Shown: positions 7,736 to 17,955, numbered from the stretch's first letter. The stretch is DNA of 64,000 nt from an uncultured Alphaproteobacteria bacterium (GCA_903889655.1 CAISYL010000199.1:22966-86965), one strand, 5' to 3'. The notes: generated from the sequence alone by a model not told the origin. Numbers and translations are program-made.

Positions 7736-9427
7736 TCAGATGCGTCCTGCTCCTCTCATGGCAGAAATATAGCCGAATGTCATGGCCGGGCCGATGGTCG
7801 CGCCAGGTCCGGGGTAGGCATTCCCCATGACGGACGCCGTGCTGTTTCCCGCCGCCCACAGACCCTCGATAACTTCTCCCGACTGCGAGACCACCTGTCC
7901 GAACTTGTTGATAACAAGCCCGCCGCGCGTGCCGATATCGCCAGGATAGAGCCGGATGGCGAAGAAGGGAGCTTTCGTCAACGGTGCCAGATTCGGATTT
8001 TTGAAATAGGGATCGCCGTACATCCGGTCATGCGCGCTGTCGCCTCTATGATAGTCCTCATCGACGCCGGTCTCGGCGAGCTTGTTGAATCGCTCCATTG
8101 ATTTCGCGAAACGGTCCGCTGGAACGCCTATCTTCTCCGCAAGTTCTGCAAGGCTTGGCGCCGAAACCACGTCACCACTCTCACTCCACCGCTTCGGGAG
8201 GGGCTGGCGCGGCATATTCGAGGCGATCATATAGTAATCCTTGTACGCCTTATCCAGGATGAGCCATACCGGCACGCAGGACGTGCCTGTCCCGTTGTGC
8301 ATTTCGTAAATCCTGGTGACCACGTCGCAATAAGGTGCCGCCTCGTTTACGAAGCGATCACCTGAGGAATTCACGATCATCGATCCCGGAAGCGAGCGCT
8401 CGAGAACGCAAAAATGTGGATTCTCGTTGGCGTTTACGTGACTGACCGGGCCCCACCAGGCGTCGTCCATCAGATCGAGCCGGGCACCAATGCTCTCGCC
8501 GGCGCGAATGGCATCGCCCGTGTCGCTTTCGGCGGCAAGCGACCATTTCGAGCTTGTGGGATGCGGAAGATAGCGGTCGCGCATTTCCTGATTGTGGGCG
8601 AAGCCGCCGGCGGTCAGCGCCACGCCGCGCCGCGCCTTGTACCGAAGCGTCTTGCCGCCCTTCGACACCTCGGCGCCGACGACGCGACCGTTCTCCGTCA
8701 CCAGCGACGTCAGGCCCGTGTTCACTTCGAACGGAATGTTGGCGCGCAATATAGAGTAAAAGAGCCGGCCGGCGGTGCCCTGCCCCGCCGTCATCACTTT
8801 TTTGCCAAGCAGCCTGTTCGTGATCGTATTGAAAGCCGCCTTCATGAACTTGCGTTTTCCGTCCCAATGGCGGCGCATCCGGGCGACCGAAAACAACTCG
8901 AACAGCAGGAGGCCGGCGTAATGGGTGCCCGACAGAACCGGCGGGCGGAAATATTTCTGATTGGCGCCAAGCAAAGTCCCGTTGAAGGGAACGGCTTCCA
9001 GGGCGCGGCCTTCAGGGAAGCCACCGGTCGCTTCGGGGCAATAGTCCGAATATCCCTTGCTCCAAACGAAGCGCGCTTCAGTGTGATCGCGCAGGAACTC
9101 GATCATTTGCGGACCGTACTTCACAAACGATTCCTGAAGTTCCGAGGGCACCCGATTGCCGACCGTGCTGGCCATGTAGGTCCTGGCGCGTTCCTCCGAG
9201 TCCGGCAGTCCGCCTTCGAGCACCAGGTAATTGTTGGGAATCCAGACCACGCCGCCTGATCGAGCCGTGCTGCCGCCCATATAGGGCGACTTTTCGATCA
9301 CCAGCGTATCGAGACCCAGATGACTGGCCGTCAGGGCTGACACCATTCCGGCGCCGCCGCCGCCCACGACCAGCCAGTCCACCTCCTTGTCCCAGCGAAT
9401 GCCGGCTCCCGCTCCATTGTCAGCCAT
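7736..9427 (-). CDS. kstD: FAD-dependent 3-ketosteroid delta1-dehydrogenase-like oxidoreductase
   Basis: DWLVVGGGGAGMVSALTA and GGSTARSGGVVWIPNN at the N-terminus, C-terminal GLWAAGNSTASVMGNAYPGPGATIGPAMTFGY. 563 aa. GGGAGGA SD. Confidence 0.8.
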   Translation of the reverse strand: MADNGAGAGIRWDKEVDWLVVGGGGAGMVSALTASHLGLDTLVIEKSPYMGGSTARSGGVVWIPNNYLVLEGGLPDSEERARTYMASTVGNRVPSELQESFVKYGPQMIEFLRDHTEARFVWSKGYSDYCPEATGGFPEGRALEAVPFNGTLLGANQKYFRPPVLSGTHYAGLLLFELFSVARMRRHWDGKRKFMKAAFNTITNRLLGKKVMTAGQGTAGRLFYSILRANIPFEVNTGLTSLVTENGRVVGAEVSKGGKTLRYKARRGVALTAGGFAHNQEMRDRYLPHPTSSKWSLAAESDTGDAIRAGESIGARLDLMDDAWWGPVSHVNANENPHFCVLERSLPGSMIVNSSGDRFVNEAAPYCDVVTRIYEMHNGTGTSCVPVWLILDKAYKDYYMIASNMPRQPLPKRWSESGDVVSAPSLAELAEKIGVPADRFAKSMERFNKLAETGVDEDYHRGDSAHDRMYGDPYFKNPNLAPLTKAPFFAIRLYPGDIGTRGGLVINKFGQVVSQSGEVIEGLWAAGNSTASVMGNAYPGPGATIGPAMTFGYISAMRGAGRI

Positions 9428-9540
9428 AAGTGTCCTCCCTCAATTTGTCCGACGCACAGAAAACCGATGCCACCCGCATTTCCCGGCACCGCATGAAAGG
9501 CTGGCGGGGGAACCCGCCGCCTCGCTCCGGGGCGCATGTT

Positions 9541-9996
9541 TCAATCGTGCGCCTGCTCGTAAACCTGATACTCGATGCCGCCCGGGTAAACGCGTCCCTC
9601 GCCGACACCCAAAACCCTGTTCAACCATTTGTATTTTTCGGCACCAGTCTCGAAACGCAGCTGGCTCAAAAAATACGAGTCGCCGATTTTCGTTTCGCCG
9701 CCACCGAGTGCCGCAGTCACAAATTTTTCGTTGTACTCAAGAAAGCCGGTATAATGAACATAGATGTGGGCGCCATCGTTCGTCTGCAGAACGATACGCA
9801 CATCGATATGCCCCAAATTCTCGGAATCGATGACGATCCAGTCGGCGCCGCTACTGCATACGGTGCCCATGAGTCGTTTGCCATCGAACGCGCCCCCCGT
9901 AATGTTGGCGACAAGCCGCTTGCCTTGCGTCGTGTCGCCGATATCGAATGGCGAGGCGACAAGAACGTGAATTTTCATCAAAGGGACCAGCTTCAT
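9541..9996 (-). CDS. DUF3237 (UPF0311) family protein
   Basis: 151 aa with ...DIGDTTQGKRLVANITGGAFDGKRLMGTVCSSGADWIVID..., typical of the DUF3237 beta-barrel family (recognised from memory). Confidence 0.65.
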   Translation of the reverse strand: MKLVPLMKIHVLVASPFDIGDTTQGKRLVANITGGAFDGKRLMGTVCSSGADWIVIDSENLGHIDVRIVLQTNDGAHIYVHYTGFLEYNEKFVTAALGGGETKIGDSYFLSQLRFETGAEKYKWLNRVLGVGEGRVYPGGIEYQVYEQAHD

Positions 9997-10081
9997 GTGG
10001 TTTTAATCCTTATACCGATTTATATAACCCGGACTTGCGTGACACTTTTTCTACTTTGGACAGTGACCGGCCGTCCACAAT

Positions 10082-10873
10082 TCAGATAAAACTCGCGGAC
10101 AGATCGCCCAATCCTTGGTCGAAGCGGCACAAAACATCGTCGCCGGCCTTAACGGGAATTGCCCGCACAAAAGACCCGGTAAGCACCACCTGCCCCGGCT
10201 CGAAAACAACGCCGAATTCGCCAAGCTTGTTCGCAAGCCAGGCGACGGACGTGACAGGATTGCCCAGAACCGCCGAGGCTTCGCCCTCGACTTCCGACTT
10301 GCCGTTCAACTTCAACTCGCCATGCACGCGCCGCACGTCGATCGCGTCGAGCCTCCTTGGGTTGGCGCCCAGCACGACAGCGCCGCAGGCCGCCAGATCG
10401 GCCACGGTGTCGATGATGCCGAAACCGGGCTCCGGCATTACGCGGAAATCGACAATCTCGATCGCCGGGACAACGAAATCGGTCGCCCGGAGCACGTCGA
10501 CGGGCAGCACACCCGGCCCCTTGAGCGCGTGCTTCATGACGAATGCGATTTCAATTTCGATCATCGGGCGGAAAAACCGGGCAGCGTCGATCGGCGTCGC
10601 TTCGGGCAGAAACATGTCGTCGGTTATCGCGCTGAAATCCGGCTCCGAAGATCCTGCCATTTCCTGCATCGGTTTCGACGTAAGCCCAACCTTGTAGCCC
10701 CTCACCTTGGCACCCGCATCAACCTTGCGGCGCACGAACTCTTCCTGAACCAGATAGGAATCCTCGATGGTCAAGCCAGGATAGGTTCCGGTCAGCCGCG
10801 GCAGCGGCTTGCGTGTCTTGTAGACGTCGAAAAGCTTATCGACGATTTCTGTCCTTGTCGCTCTATCCAGCAT
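10082..10873 (-). CDS. hpaH: 2-oxohept-3-enedioate / 2-keto-4-pentenoate hydratase (HpaH/MhpD family)
   Basis: LTIEDSYLVQEEFV, GYKVGLTSKPMQ, VAWLANKL, VVLTGSF: the hydratase branch of the FAH superfamily. Confidence 0.85.
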   Translation of the reverse strand: MLDRATRTEIVDKLFDVYKTRKPLPRLTGTYPGLTIEDSYLVQEEFVRRKVDAGAKVRGYKVGLTSKPMQEMAGSSEPDFSAITDDMFLPEATPIDAARFFRPMIEIEIAFVMKHALKGPGVLPVDVLRATDFVVPAIEIVDFRVMPEPGFGIIDTVADLAACGAVVLGANPRRLDAIDVRRVHGELKLNGKSEVEGEASAVLGNPVTSVAWLANKLGEFGVVFEPGQVVLTGSFVRAIPVKAGDDVLCRFDQGLGDLSASFI

Positions 10874-10877
10874 TTTT

Positions 10878-11648
10878 TTATTCCAGTTTTTTCACGATCC
10901 TGAGGCTTGCCATGCTCGCCGAAGTGAGCGCCGCAATGTCTGTCGTAACCGAGACCATCTGAAACCCTTGCGTGACGCGTAGCGGCGCGACGGTCGCATT
11001 CGACAGGACGGCTACCGCCTTGCCGTGCCGCCGACAGGCGGCGACAATGGTCTTTATGGCGTCGTCGAAAATCGGCTTTCCGTCATTGTCTCCCGGCGGC
11101 AGGCCAAGCGCGACCGAAAGATCGAAGGGCCCCACCAAGACGGCGTCCACACCCGGCAAGCTGACGATTTCATCGACCTGATCAAGCGCGGAGCGCGTCT
11201 CGATCATCGGAATGACGACAACACGGTCGTTAGCAGTCAAGGTATAACCCGCGCCGTCGCGCGTTCCGACACGTACAGGCCCGAAGCTGCGGCACCCAAC
11301 TGGCGGATAGCGGCAGGAGTCGACCAGACTCCTCGCATCGTCGGCCGTCTGAATCATCGGAGCGACGACGCCAAGGGCACCCGCATCCAGAACGCGACCG
11401 ACGATGCCCGGCTCGTTCCAGGGCACCCGTACAATCGCTGGAATTCCGCGAATGTCGGCGGCGCGGATCATATCAAGCGCCTGTCCATAGTCCATGCAGC
11501 CATGCTGCATATCGACGAGTATCCAATCGAAGCCAAGTGACGAAATGGCCTCGACGCCGAGCGCGCCGGGCATCATGCACCAAGCGCCAAACGTCACATC
11601 TCCAGCCGCCCAACGCGATTTCAGAGACAAGGCTTCCGCCATTTTCAT
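10878..11648 (-). CDS. hpaI: HpcH/HpaI-family class II aldolase (2,4-dihydroxyhept-2-enedioate aldolase-like)
   Basis: 256 aa. [30 protein letters not shown] and later PMIET motifs. GAGGGAT SD. 4-nt gap to hpaH. Confidence 0.85.
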   Translation of the reverse strand: MKMAEALSLKSRWAAGDVTFGAWCMMPGALGVEAISSLGFDWILVDMQHGCMDYGQALDMIRAADIRGIPAIVRVPWNEPGIVGRVLDAGALGVVAPMIQTADDARSLVDSCRYPPVGCRSFGPVRVGTRDGAGYTLTANDRVVVIPMIETRSALDQVDEIVSLPGVDAVLVGPFDLSVALGLPPGDNDGKPIFDDAIKTIVAACRRHGKAVAVLSNATVAPLRVTQGFQMVSVTTDIAALTSASMASLRIVKKLE

Positions 11649-11653
11649 ATCCC

Positions 11654-12484
11654 TCAGAACTGCCCGAGCGCGACGCGGCGGACGGCGTCGGTGTCCGTCG
11701 GCTCGTGCCCGACCTTGTGGGTGGGCGCCGGCACTTCCTGCACCGTGTTGGTGATCTTACCGATCCCCGTCACCTCGACCTCGACGACATCGCCCGGATT
11801 CATGGGCCGCGAATTCGCAGGCGTGCCGGTCAGCACGACGTCGCCAGGCAGGAAGGTGATGTGGCGCGACAGATCGGCGAAGATGTAGTCGATCGGGAAA
11901 GTCATGTCGGAGACCGGACCGTCCTGCACCACCTTGCCATTGATATAGGTGCGCACGGTCTGTTCACGAATATCGACGCCACGGACGATGCCCGGCCCTA
12001 TGGGGCAAAAGCCGTCCTGGCCCTTGACGCGAAGCATGGAGCCCGCATCCGTGTCGCGGAAATCCTGCGCGCCGACGTCATTGGCGGGCGCAAAGCCCGC
12101 CAGATGATCCCAGACATCCTCGCGCGCGACATTGCGCATGGGCTTGCCGACGATCGCGGCGATCTCGCCTTCATAATTCAAATATTTGCAGTTCGCGGGT
12201 CGGTTGAGAAAGCCGCGATGCGAATTGAGGGTCGTGAGCGGCTTCTGAAAATAGGTCGGCGTAACGAGCTGCGGTGCCTTGAACTCGACGCGGCGCGAGT
12301 CGTAGTTCAGATGAATGCAGATGATCTTGGTCGGATCGCAGGGCGGCAGATAGATCGCCGATTTTTCGGCAAGCTTGCGTCCATCCGGCAGCCGCAGTTC
12401 GTCGCCTTCCGCCTGCACCCATTGCGGTGTGCCTTGATAAAAGATGCACCGCCATTCTTCGCGTGGGCCCTTGAGTACGGACAC
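11654..12484 (-). CDS. Fumarylacetoacetate hydrolase-family isomerase/decarboxylase (HpaG-like, single domain)
   Basis: [38 protein letters not shown]. Start moved to the GTG at 12484 (AGGGAGAG SD, no overlap with the upstream gene) instead of the ORF-track start at 12655. Confidence 0.85.
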   Translation of the reverse strand: MSVLKGPREEWRCIFYQGTPQWVQAEGDELRLPDGRKLAEKSAIYLPPCDPTKIICIHLNYDSRRVEFKAPQLVTPTYFQKPLTTLNSHRGFLNRPANCKYLNYEGEIAAIVGKPMRNVAREDVWDHLAGFAPANDVGAQDFRDTDAGSMLRVKGQDGFCPIGPGIVRGVDIREQTVRTYINGKVVQDGPVSDMTFPIDYIFADLSRHITFLPGDVVLTGTPANSRPMNPGDVVEVEVTGIGKITNTVQEVPAPTHKVGHEPTDTDAVRRVALGQF

Positions 12485-12537
12485 TGATCTCTCCCTGAAT
12501 TCGTTGATTGCTTTGGTAGCAAATGAAGCAAGATCGC

Positions 12538-13440
12538 TCAGACCTCCATCAGGCCACCCTTCATCACTTCCTGATTGGGTTCGTGGCCATAGGTATCGCG
12601 CTGGTAATATTCCGATTGGTGCGTCGCCTCGCGCGCACCCCAGCCGATCTCGCACATCCAGCCCGAGGGATTCATAAAGTAGAACGAATACATGTGATCG
12701 TTGGCGTGACGTCCCGGCATCATGGTGATGGGAAAGCCCGACTGCCGCACGATCTCATAAGTAAGACCGACGTCATCAAAATTTTCAACTTCGAGCATCA
12801 GATGGTTGATGCGCTTCTCGCCGGGCGGGCCGAAGGCCACCGTGTGATCGCGCGTATTGCAATGCATGAACATCAGATCAAACGGCCTGTCGAGGCCGGG
12901 GAAGGGAATGCGGTATTCGATGCCGCCGCGCATGCCGAGCAGACTGTAGAACGCGTGGGTCTTGTCGAAGCCCACAGTTTCTTTCTGTATGAGATGGCCA
13001 AGCCCGCCGTCGCCCGTCTTGAATTTTCCGTGCATGCCGCGGCCGGGATAAAAGGGCTTGTCCGCCTGCACCTGCGGCCCGTGGAAAATCTCAATCGGGA
13101 AGCCGCTTGCATCCTTCAGCTTCATCACTTCCAGCACGCGGCGTTCAGCGGCCTCCTTGTCGGATCCAACGCGCACCTCAATGCCATTGCTCGTCAGGTG
13201 CTTATGCATCTCACGAAACTCGACGAGACCCGCGACGCGAAAGCCCAAGAAGTTCAGATCGTCTGTACCGTCTTCATCGACAATGAAACGGTGATGCCAA
13301 TTGTCCATCCGAAAATAGCAACGACCGGTTTCGCCTTCATCAACGACTTCAAGCCCCAGAATTTTAGCCGCATAATCTTTCCACGCGGCAAGGCTCTTCA
13401 CCCCAAGCCCCATATAGCCAAGCTCTGTCACTTGCACCAT
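12538..13440 (-). CDS. Type I extradiol (vicinal-oxygen-chelate) catechol-type ring-cleavage dioxygenase, BphC/HsaC-like
   Basis: 300 aa, two VOC modules. PGRHANDHMYSFYFMNPSGWMCEIGWG matches the GRHxNDHMxSFY signature. AGGGGAGAG SD. Confidence 0.85.
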   Translation of the reverse strand: MVQVTELGYMGLGVKSLAAWKDYAAKILGLEVVDEGETGRCYFRMDNWHHRFIVDEDGTDDLNFLGFRVAGLVEFREMHKHLTSNGIEVRVGSDKEAAERRVLEVMKLKDASGFPIEIFHGPQVQADKPFYPGRGMHGKFKTGDGGLGHLIQKETVGFDKTHAFYSLLGMRGGIEYRIPFPGLDRPFDLMFMHCNTRDHTVAFGPPGEKRINHLMLEVENFDDVGLTYEIVRQSGFPITMMPGRHANDHMYSFYFMNPSGWMCEIGWGAREATHQSEYYQRDTYGHEPNQEVMKGGLMEV

Positions 13441-13476
13441 TTTGCTCTCTCCCCTTTTTCACCGCAGGCTGACGCC

Positions 13477-14937
13477 TCAGGTGAGCGATCCTTTGCGGAC
13501 CGAGATGTTTTTTATGTCGCTATAGAAATCGAAACTCCATGTACCACCTTCGCGTCCGATGCCGCTGTCTCGGGCACCGCCGAAGGGTGCCGCAAGGTCG
13601 CGCACGAAGAAGCAGTTGACCCATAAGGTTCCCGCTGTCACCTGTGAGGCAATGTTCATGGCGCGCTTTTCGTTGCCGCAGAACAAAGTGCCTGCAAGTC
13701 CGTATTTCGTATTATTGGCAAGGCTGACGGCTTCATCATCGCTGCTGAAACTCTGCCATGTCAGCACAGGGCCGAAGACTTCGCGCTGAGCGATTTCAAG
13801 TTCGGGGCTGACATGGGCAAACATTGTCGGCTCGAAATAGAGCTCGCCGTAATTCGCCCGGCTGCCGCCCCAGAGCGGTATGGCGCCATCGGCCTTCGCG
13901 CGTTCGACGAAACCGGCCACGCGCTCGAAATGCTCCTTGTGGATCAGCGGCCCGACGCGCGTATCCTTGTCGCGCGGATCGCCCACAATCATGTGGATCG
14001 ACGCGTTACGCACTTTTTCGAGAAATTGCTCCTCGATCTTTTTTTCGACCATGATGCGCGTACCGGCAAGACAGACCTGGCCCGCGTTCATATATTGACC
14101 GGCAACCGTCTGCGCGGCGGTATCAAGATCAGCGTCCGCGCAAATGATGAAAGGCGACTTGCCGCCAAGCTCGGCACTCATCGGCGTGATCGAGCGCGCC
14201 GCCGCCTGACCAATGATCTTCGCCGTGTCGGTCGAGCCCGTGAAGCTGATCCGGTCGACATCGGGATGATTGACGAGCGCGTCGCCCGCTTCTTCGCCGA
14301 TACCCTGCACGACGTTCAGAACGCCGGCGGGGACGCCCGCCGCGTGGGCGATATCCGCCATCAGCGAGCAGGTGAGCGGCGCCCATTCCGGCGGCTTGAC
14401 AACGACGGTATTGCCAGCGGCGAGTGCCGGGCCGACCTTCCATGTCGTCAGCATCAAGGGCGCATTCCAGGGCGTGATCAGAGCCGCGACTCCCGCTGGA
14501 TCGTAGCGCACATGATTGACGACTTCGGGCGAATCGATCGAATGGCCTTCGAGCGTCAACGCCCAGTCGGCGAAGAACTCGATGTTCTGCGCAGCGCGGG
14601 GCACAACGCGATGGACGTTGCCCATGAGCAGCGAGCCATTGTCCATGGTCTCGACCGCGGCAAGCTCGTTGACGCGCGCCTTGATGCCCTCGGCGAATTT
14701 CTTGAGGTAAGGCAGGCGCCCCTTCGGCCCGAGCGCCGCCCAGGCGGGGAACGCCTTGCGCGCGGCGGCGACGGCCTGATCCACCTCCGCCTTGCCGCCG
14801 GCGGCGACATCGGCGAGATGCGAACCGTCGACCGGCGAAAGATCGGCGAACCGCCGCGGCGAGGAGACGCGCCGCCCGCCGATCCAGTGATCGGTCGAGA
14901 CCTCGACGCCAGCGATCTTTGCAATATTTCCTGCCAT
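13477..14937 (-). CDS. NAD+-dependent aldehyde dehydrogenase (hydroxymuconic/carboxymethyl-hydroxymuconic semialdehyde dehydrogenase type, HpaE/XylG-like)
   Basis: ELGGKSP, NAGQVCLAGTR (catalytic Cys), WNAPLMLTTWK. The ATG at 14937 shares one base with the upstream TGA (TGATG overlap). Confidence 0.9.
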   Translation of the reverse strand: MAGNIAKIAGVEVSTDHWIGGRRVSSPRRFADLSPVDGSHLADVAAGGKAEVDQAVAAARKAFPAWAALGPKGRLPYLKKFAEGIKARVNELAAVETMDNGSLLMGNVHRVVPRAAQNIEFFADWALTLEGHSIDSPEVVNHVRYDPAGVAALITPWNAPLMLTTWKVGPALAAGNTVVVKPPEWAPLTCSLMADIAHAAGVPAGVLNVVQGIGEEAGDALVNHPDVDRISFTGSTDTAKIIGQAAARSITPMSAELGGKSPFIICADADLDTAAQTVAGQYMNAGQVCLAGTRIMVEKKIEEQFLEKVRNASIHMIVGDPRDKDTRVGPLIHKEHFERVAGFVERAKADGAIPLWGGSRANYGELYFEPTMFAHVSPELEIAQREVFGPVLTWQSFSSDDEAVSLANNTKYGLAGTLFCGNEKRAMNIASQVTAGTLWVNCFFVRDLAAPFGGARDSGIGREGGTWSFDFYSDIKNISVRKGSLT

Positions 14938-16418
14938 CACACAGCCTCCGCGACGCGACTTCCGGCTTTTTTCCCGACTTTGATATCTTCCGTCAGGAAG
15001 CGGTCCACCAACTCGTTGGCGCGCGTGCGGTCCCCAAACAGATGGGCCATCTGATAGTTGCGGGCCGAAGAACCGAGATAGAAGCGTTCGTACTGAAGAT
15101 TCCGACCCGCAAGGCCTGTGCCGACAAAATCCCAGGCGAGCCGGAAGACGCGCGCGCGCTGCTCGGCACCCACGTCGCCGGCACCGCGCAGATAATGATC
15201 GATGAGCGGACGGAGACCGGCATCGTCGAGCTGAGCGCGGCTCGGCGCGGCGAAGACATTATGCGACCCGATGAGTTGGATGATTTCGCTGACCCGCGCC
15301 ATCCATCGCGGCATCGACGCGCGAAGGGCGGAGAAGGGCTGGGCGTCCGGCAGCCAGACGCCATTGCCATAGTCGGTAGCCCCGTCTTCGGCGGCCTTCA
15401 GACAGGCGCGCGTCAATTCGGCATAGCTCCAGATTTCGCCAAGCATCTCCCATGTCTGCGGCTTGACGTCGTTGATCACCTCGGTCATCCGCGAGGCGAG
15501 ACCCCAGGCGAATTCCAGTTTCGTCAGTGCCCGGACTGTCGTCTGCTGCATGACGTTCGGCCACCAGCTGCGCATCATGACCGAGTTGTAGACGGCAGTG
15601 TTGCAGTTGACGTGCAGACGGTCACGGGGCACTTCAACATTGTCGAAGATCACGAAGGCATCCTGCTCGTCGAACCGGGTCGAGATCGGATGATCGAAAA
15701 AATTTCTGCTTTCGGAAAATGAATCCCGGCAGATGAATTTGAGACCGGGGGTGGACATCGGAATGCAGAAGGAGATCGCGTACTCGTCGCAATCGGGCGG
15801 CAAGGGATGAGACGGATAGACTGCGATCTCGTCGGCGAAGGGGGCAAGCGTCGCGAGGATGCGCGCGCCGCGCACGACAATACCGCGCTCGGTTTCGCCG
15901 ACCTTGCGAAGCGCCACATCGTTGCCGGGTTGCGGCGCGTCGCCCTGCGCCTTGTCGATGGTCGGATTGACGATCGTATGCGTCAGCGAAATGTCATTGC
16001 GGCGCAGATATTTCTGATAATTGACGAGGTTCTCCGCGCCTTCCTCGTTGCCGTTGACGGCCCATTCCTCGGCGCGGCCCGCGAAGCCCGCATAGGTCAC
16101 GTTCATGTAGTCCGGCGTACGGCCCATCAGGCCCACCGAATAGGCGGCGATTTTCTCCAGCCCCGCGCGACGGCGCGCCAGATCCTGCCTCGAGCGGGGA
16201 ATCATATGGCTGACATTGATCTTCTCGCCCGTCTCGGGATCCGGCATCAGGCAGGCGTCGGCCTCCTTGTGCTGGAGATCGTAGACAGCTGCGACACCGC
16301 GCGCCGCGCCCGCGAATGCGGGATCGCCGGCGACGTTCTCGATCTTGCGGTCGTCGACCCAAATCTCCCGGGGTTGCTTGAGGCCTTCCAAAAACTGCGC
16401 GCCCGTACGTGCCGGCAT
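14937..16418 (-). CDS. hpaB: HpaB-family two-component flavin-dependent phenol/4-hydroxyphenylacetate 3-hydroxylase, oxygenase component
   Basis: 493 aa. MGRTPDY, HTIVNP and STRFDEQDAFVIFDNV blocks typical of HpaB. AGGGAGGAAG SD. First gene of an 8-gene minus-strand string. Confidence 0.85.
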   Translation of the reverse strand: MPARTGAQFLEGLKQPREIWVDDRKIENVAGDPAFAGAARGVAAVYDLQHKEADACLMPDPETGEKINVSHMIPRSRQDLARRRAGLEKIAAYSVGLMGRTPDYMNVTYAGFAGRAEEWAVNGNEEGAENLVNYQKYLRRNDISLTHTIVNPTIDKAQGDAPQPGNDVALRKVGETERGIVVRGARILATLAPFADEIAVYPSHPLPPDCDEYAISFCIPMSTPGLKFICRDSFSESRNFFDHPISTRFDEQDAFVIFDNVEVPRDRLHVNCNTAVYNSVMMRSWWPNVMQQTTVRALTKLEFAWGLASRMTEVINDVKPQTWEMLGEIWSYAELTRACLKAAEDGATDYGNGVWLPDAQPFSALRASMPRWMARVSEIIQLIGSHNVFAAPSRAQLDDAGLRPLIDHYLRGAGDVGAEQRARVFRLAWDFVGTGLAGRNLQYERFYLGSSARNYQMAHLFGDRTRANELVDRFLTEDIKVGKKAGSRVAEAV

Positions 16419-16498
16419 GGCTTCCTCCCTTTATACTTGTATTGACATCTGGCCGGATATGGCATGGCCGGCACATCCGCCAGCAACCAACCATATTT

Positions 16499-16527
16499 TA
16501 TATACACTCATCTATGAGTAGTGTCAT
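16499..16527 (-). promoter_or_regulatory. Candidate sigma70 promoter of the hpaB operon with an embedded inverted repeat (operator candidate)
   Basis: The minus strand reads ATGACA-N17-TATATA. The spacer contains ACTCAT-AG-ATGAGT (plus 16506-16519). Located in the divergent hpaB/tetR intergenic region. Confidence 0.3.
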
Positions 16528-16678
16528 ATATTCCATGCGTTGCACAAAACCTGTCAACCGGCAAGGTTTGCCGACGAATGGCGCATGAATGGTCAAGATA
16601 CTTGCCGCGCCGCCAAATACTCTGGCAGAAAGGGCCCGGCAGCAGTTTGGCGCAGCCTTGCTGCAATTAGGACATGCG

Positions 16679-17407
16679 ATGGACACATCTTCGAAAATAG
16701 GCAAGCAAGCCGGTGCCAAATCCGCAAAGAGGGAACATCCGCAGGCGGAGGGACGAAGAGACCGCAACAAGCGGGAAAAGGTCGCGCGCATCACGGCGGC
16801 GGCCCGCACTCTGTTTCACGCCAAGGGTTATACGAAAACGACCACGCAGGAAGTGGCGGAAGCTGCCGATATCGGAGCTGGCACACTGTTTCTCTATGCG
16901 AAATCAAAGGAAGACCTCCTCATCCTGGTTTTCAAGGATGAAATGAGCCAGCTGATAGAGGAAGTGTATGGAACAATTCGGAAGAAGGCCCCGTTGCTCG
17001 AGCAAGCGGAGTCATTGTTCGACGGGTTTATTGAATATCACAGGCGCGATGTTGTCATTGCCCGCGCGCTAATTCGCGAACTCAGCTTCTCCGGCAACCC
17101 TGGGCGCCGGAAAGACGTGCTCACCATTCCAGAAGCGATTATCGAAAAGCTTGTCCATTTCGTCTCAGCGGCTCGGGCGCGCGACGAAATTCGCGCCGAT
17201 ATCGATCCGGTCGAAGCAGCGCGATGCCTGTTTGCTATCTACTATCAGCAGCTGCAAACTTGGCTGGGGACGTATGTCAGCCACAGCGCCTTCAAGCAAA
17301 ACATGCATGTACTTCTCAAATTCGTGATCGACGGAATGTCCGTAGGCGGCATACGCAAAATAGAACCCTCGCGAAATAAACGAACGTCGCAGACCGGGAA
17401 AAGATGA
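16679..17407 (+). CDS. TetR/AcrR-family transcriptional regulator
   Basis: HTH region ARITAAARTLFHAKGYTKTTTQEVAEAADIGAGTLFLYAKSKEDLL. Start set to the ATG at 16679 (ORF track starts at 16589). Divergent from hpaB. Confidence 0.8.
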   Translation: MDTSSKIGKQAGAKSAKREHPQAEGRRDRNKREKVARITAAARTLFHAKGYTKTTTQEVAEAADIGAGTLFLYAKSKEDLLILVFKDEMSQLIEEVYGTIRKKAPLLEQAESLFDGFIEYHRRDVVIARALIRELSFSGNPGRRKDVLTIPEAIIEKLVHFVSAARARDEIRADIDPVEAARCLFAIYYQQLQTWLGTYVSHSAFKQNMHVLLKFVIDGMSVGGIRKIEPSRNKRTSQTGKR

Positions 17408-17628
17408 GAACAGGCTCGTCGTACCGACGCCGTTAACCCAGGAAAACCAGCACCGCCGAAGGCGAATGAGTTTAGCGGATTCAGCGTTCCAATTTTGCCG
17501 ACTTTCGGGATCAGCACGAAGACGAGGTTTGGCTCGGAGAGCCTCTCTCGACCCAAGGTGCAGTCGACGCCCGTCTTTCAAGGGGGAGGATCGGGGGAGA
17601 AACCTCGAAACCCGCGCGCCGACTGCGA

Positions 17629-17955
17629 CTAGTGCTGACCGTCAGGTATTCTCAACGTGAGACCGTCGAGATCGTCGGTCATGGTAATCTGACAGGCAAG
17701 GCGGCTGTTTTCCGTCGAACCTTCGGCAAACTGCAACAGGTTGGCTTCCATGCCGCCGGGCTCGGCCATGCCGGTCCGGGCGATCCACGCGGCATCGACA
17801 TGCACATGGCAGGTCGCGCAGGCGCACTCGCCCCCGCAATCGCCGTCGATGCCCGGCACGCCGTTGTTGACCGCGGCATCCCTCGCGGTCGTGCCGCTCT
17901 TGACCGCGATGGGATATTCGGCGCCGTCCGGTTCGATGAAAGTGACTGTGGGCAT
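17629..17955 (-). CDS. [2Fe-2S] ferredoxin, adrenodoxin/putidaredoxin type (P450 redox partner)
   Basis: 108 aa. Cluster ligands in GDCGGECACATCHV ... RLACQ. Immediately downstream of CYP153 copy 1. Confidence 0.9.
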   Translation of the reverse strand: MPTVTFIEPDGAEYPIAVKSGTTARDAAVNNGVPGIDGDCGGECACATCHVHVDAAWIARTGMAEPGGMEANLLQFAEGSTENSRLACQITMTDDLDGLTLRIPDGQH

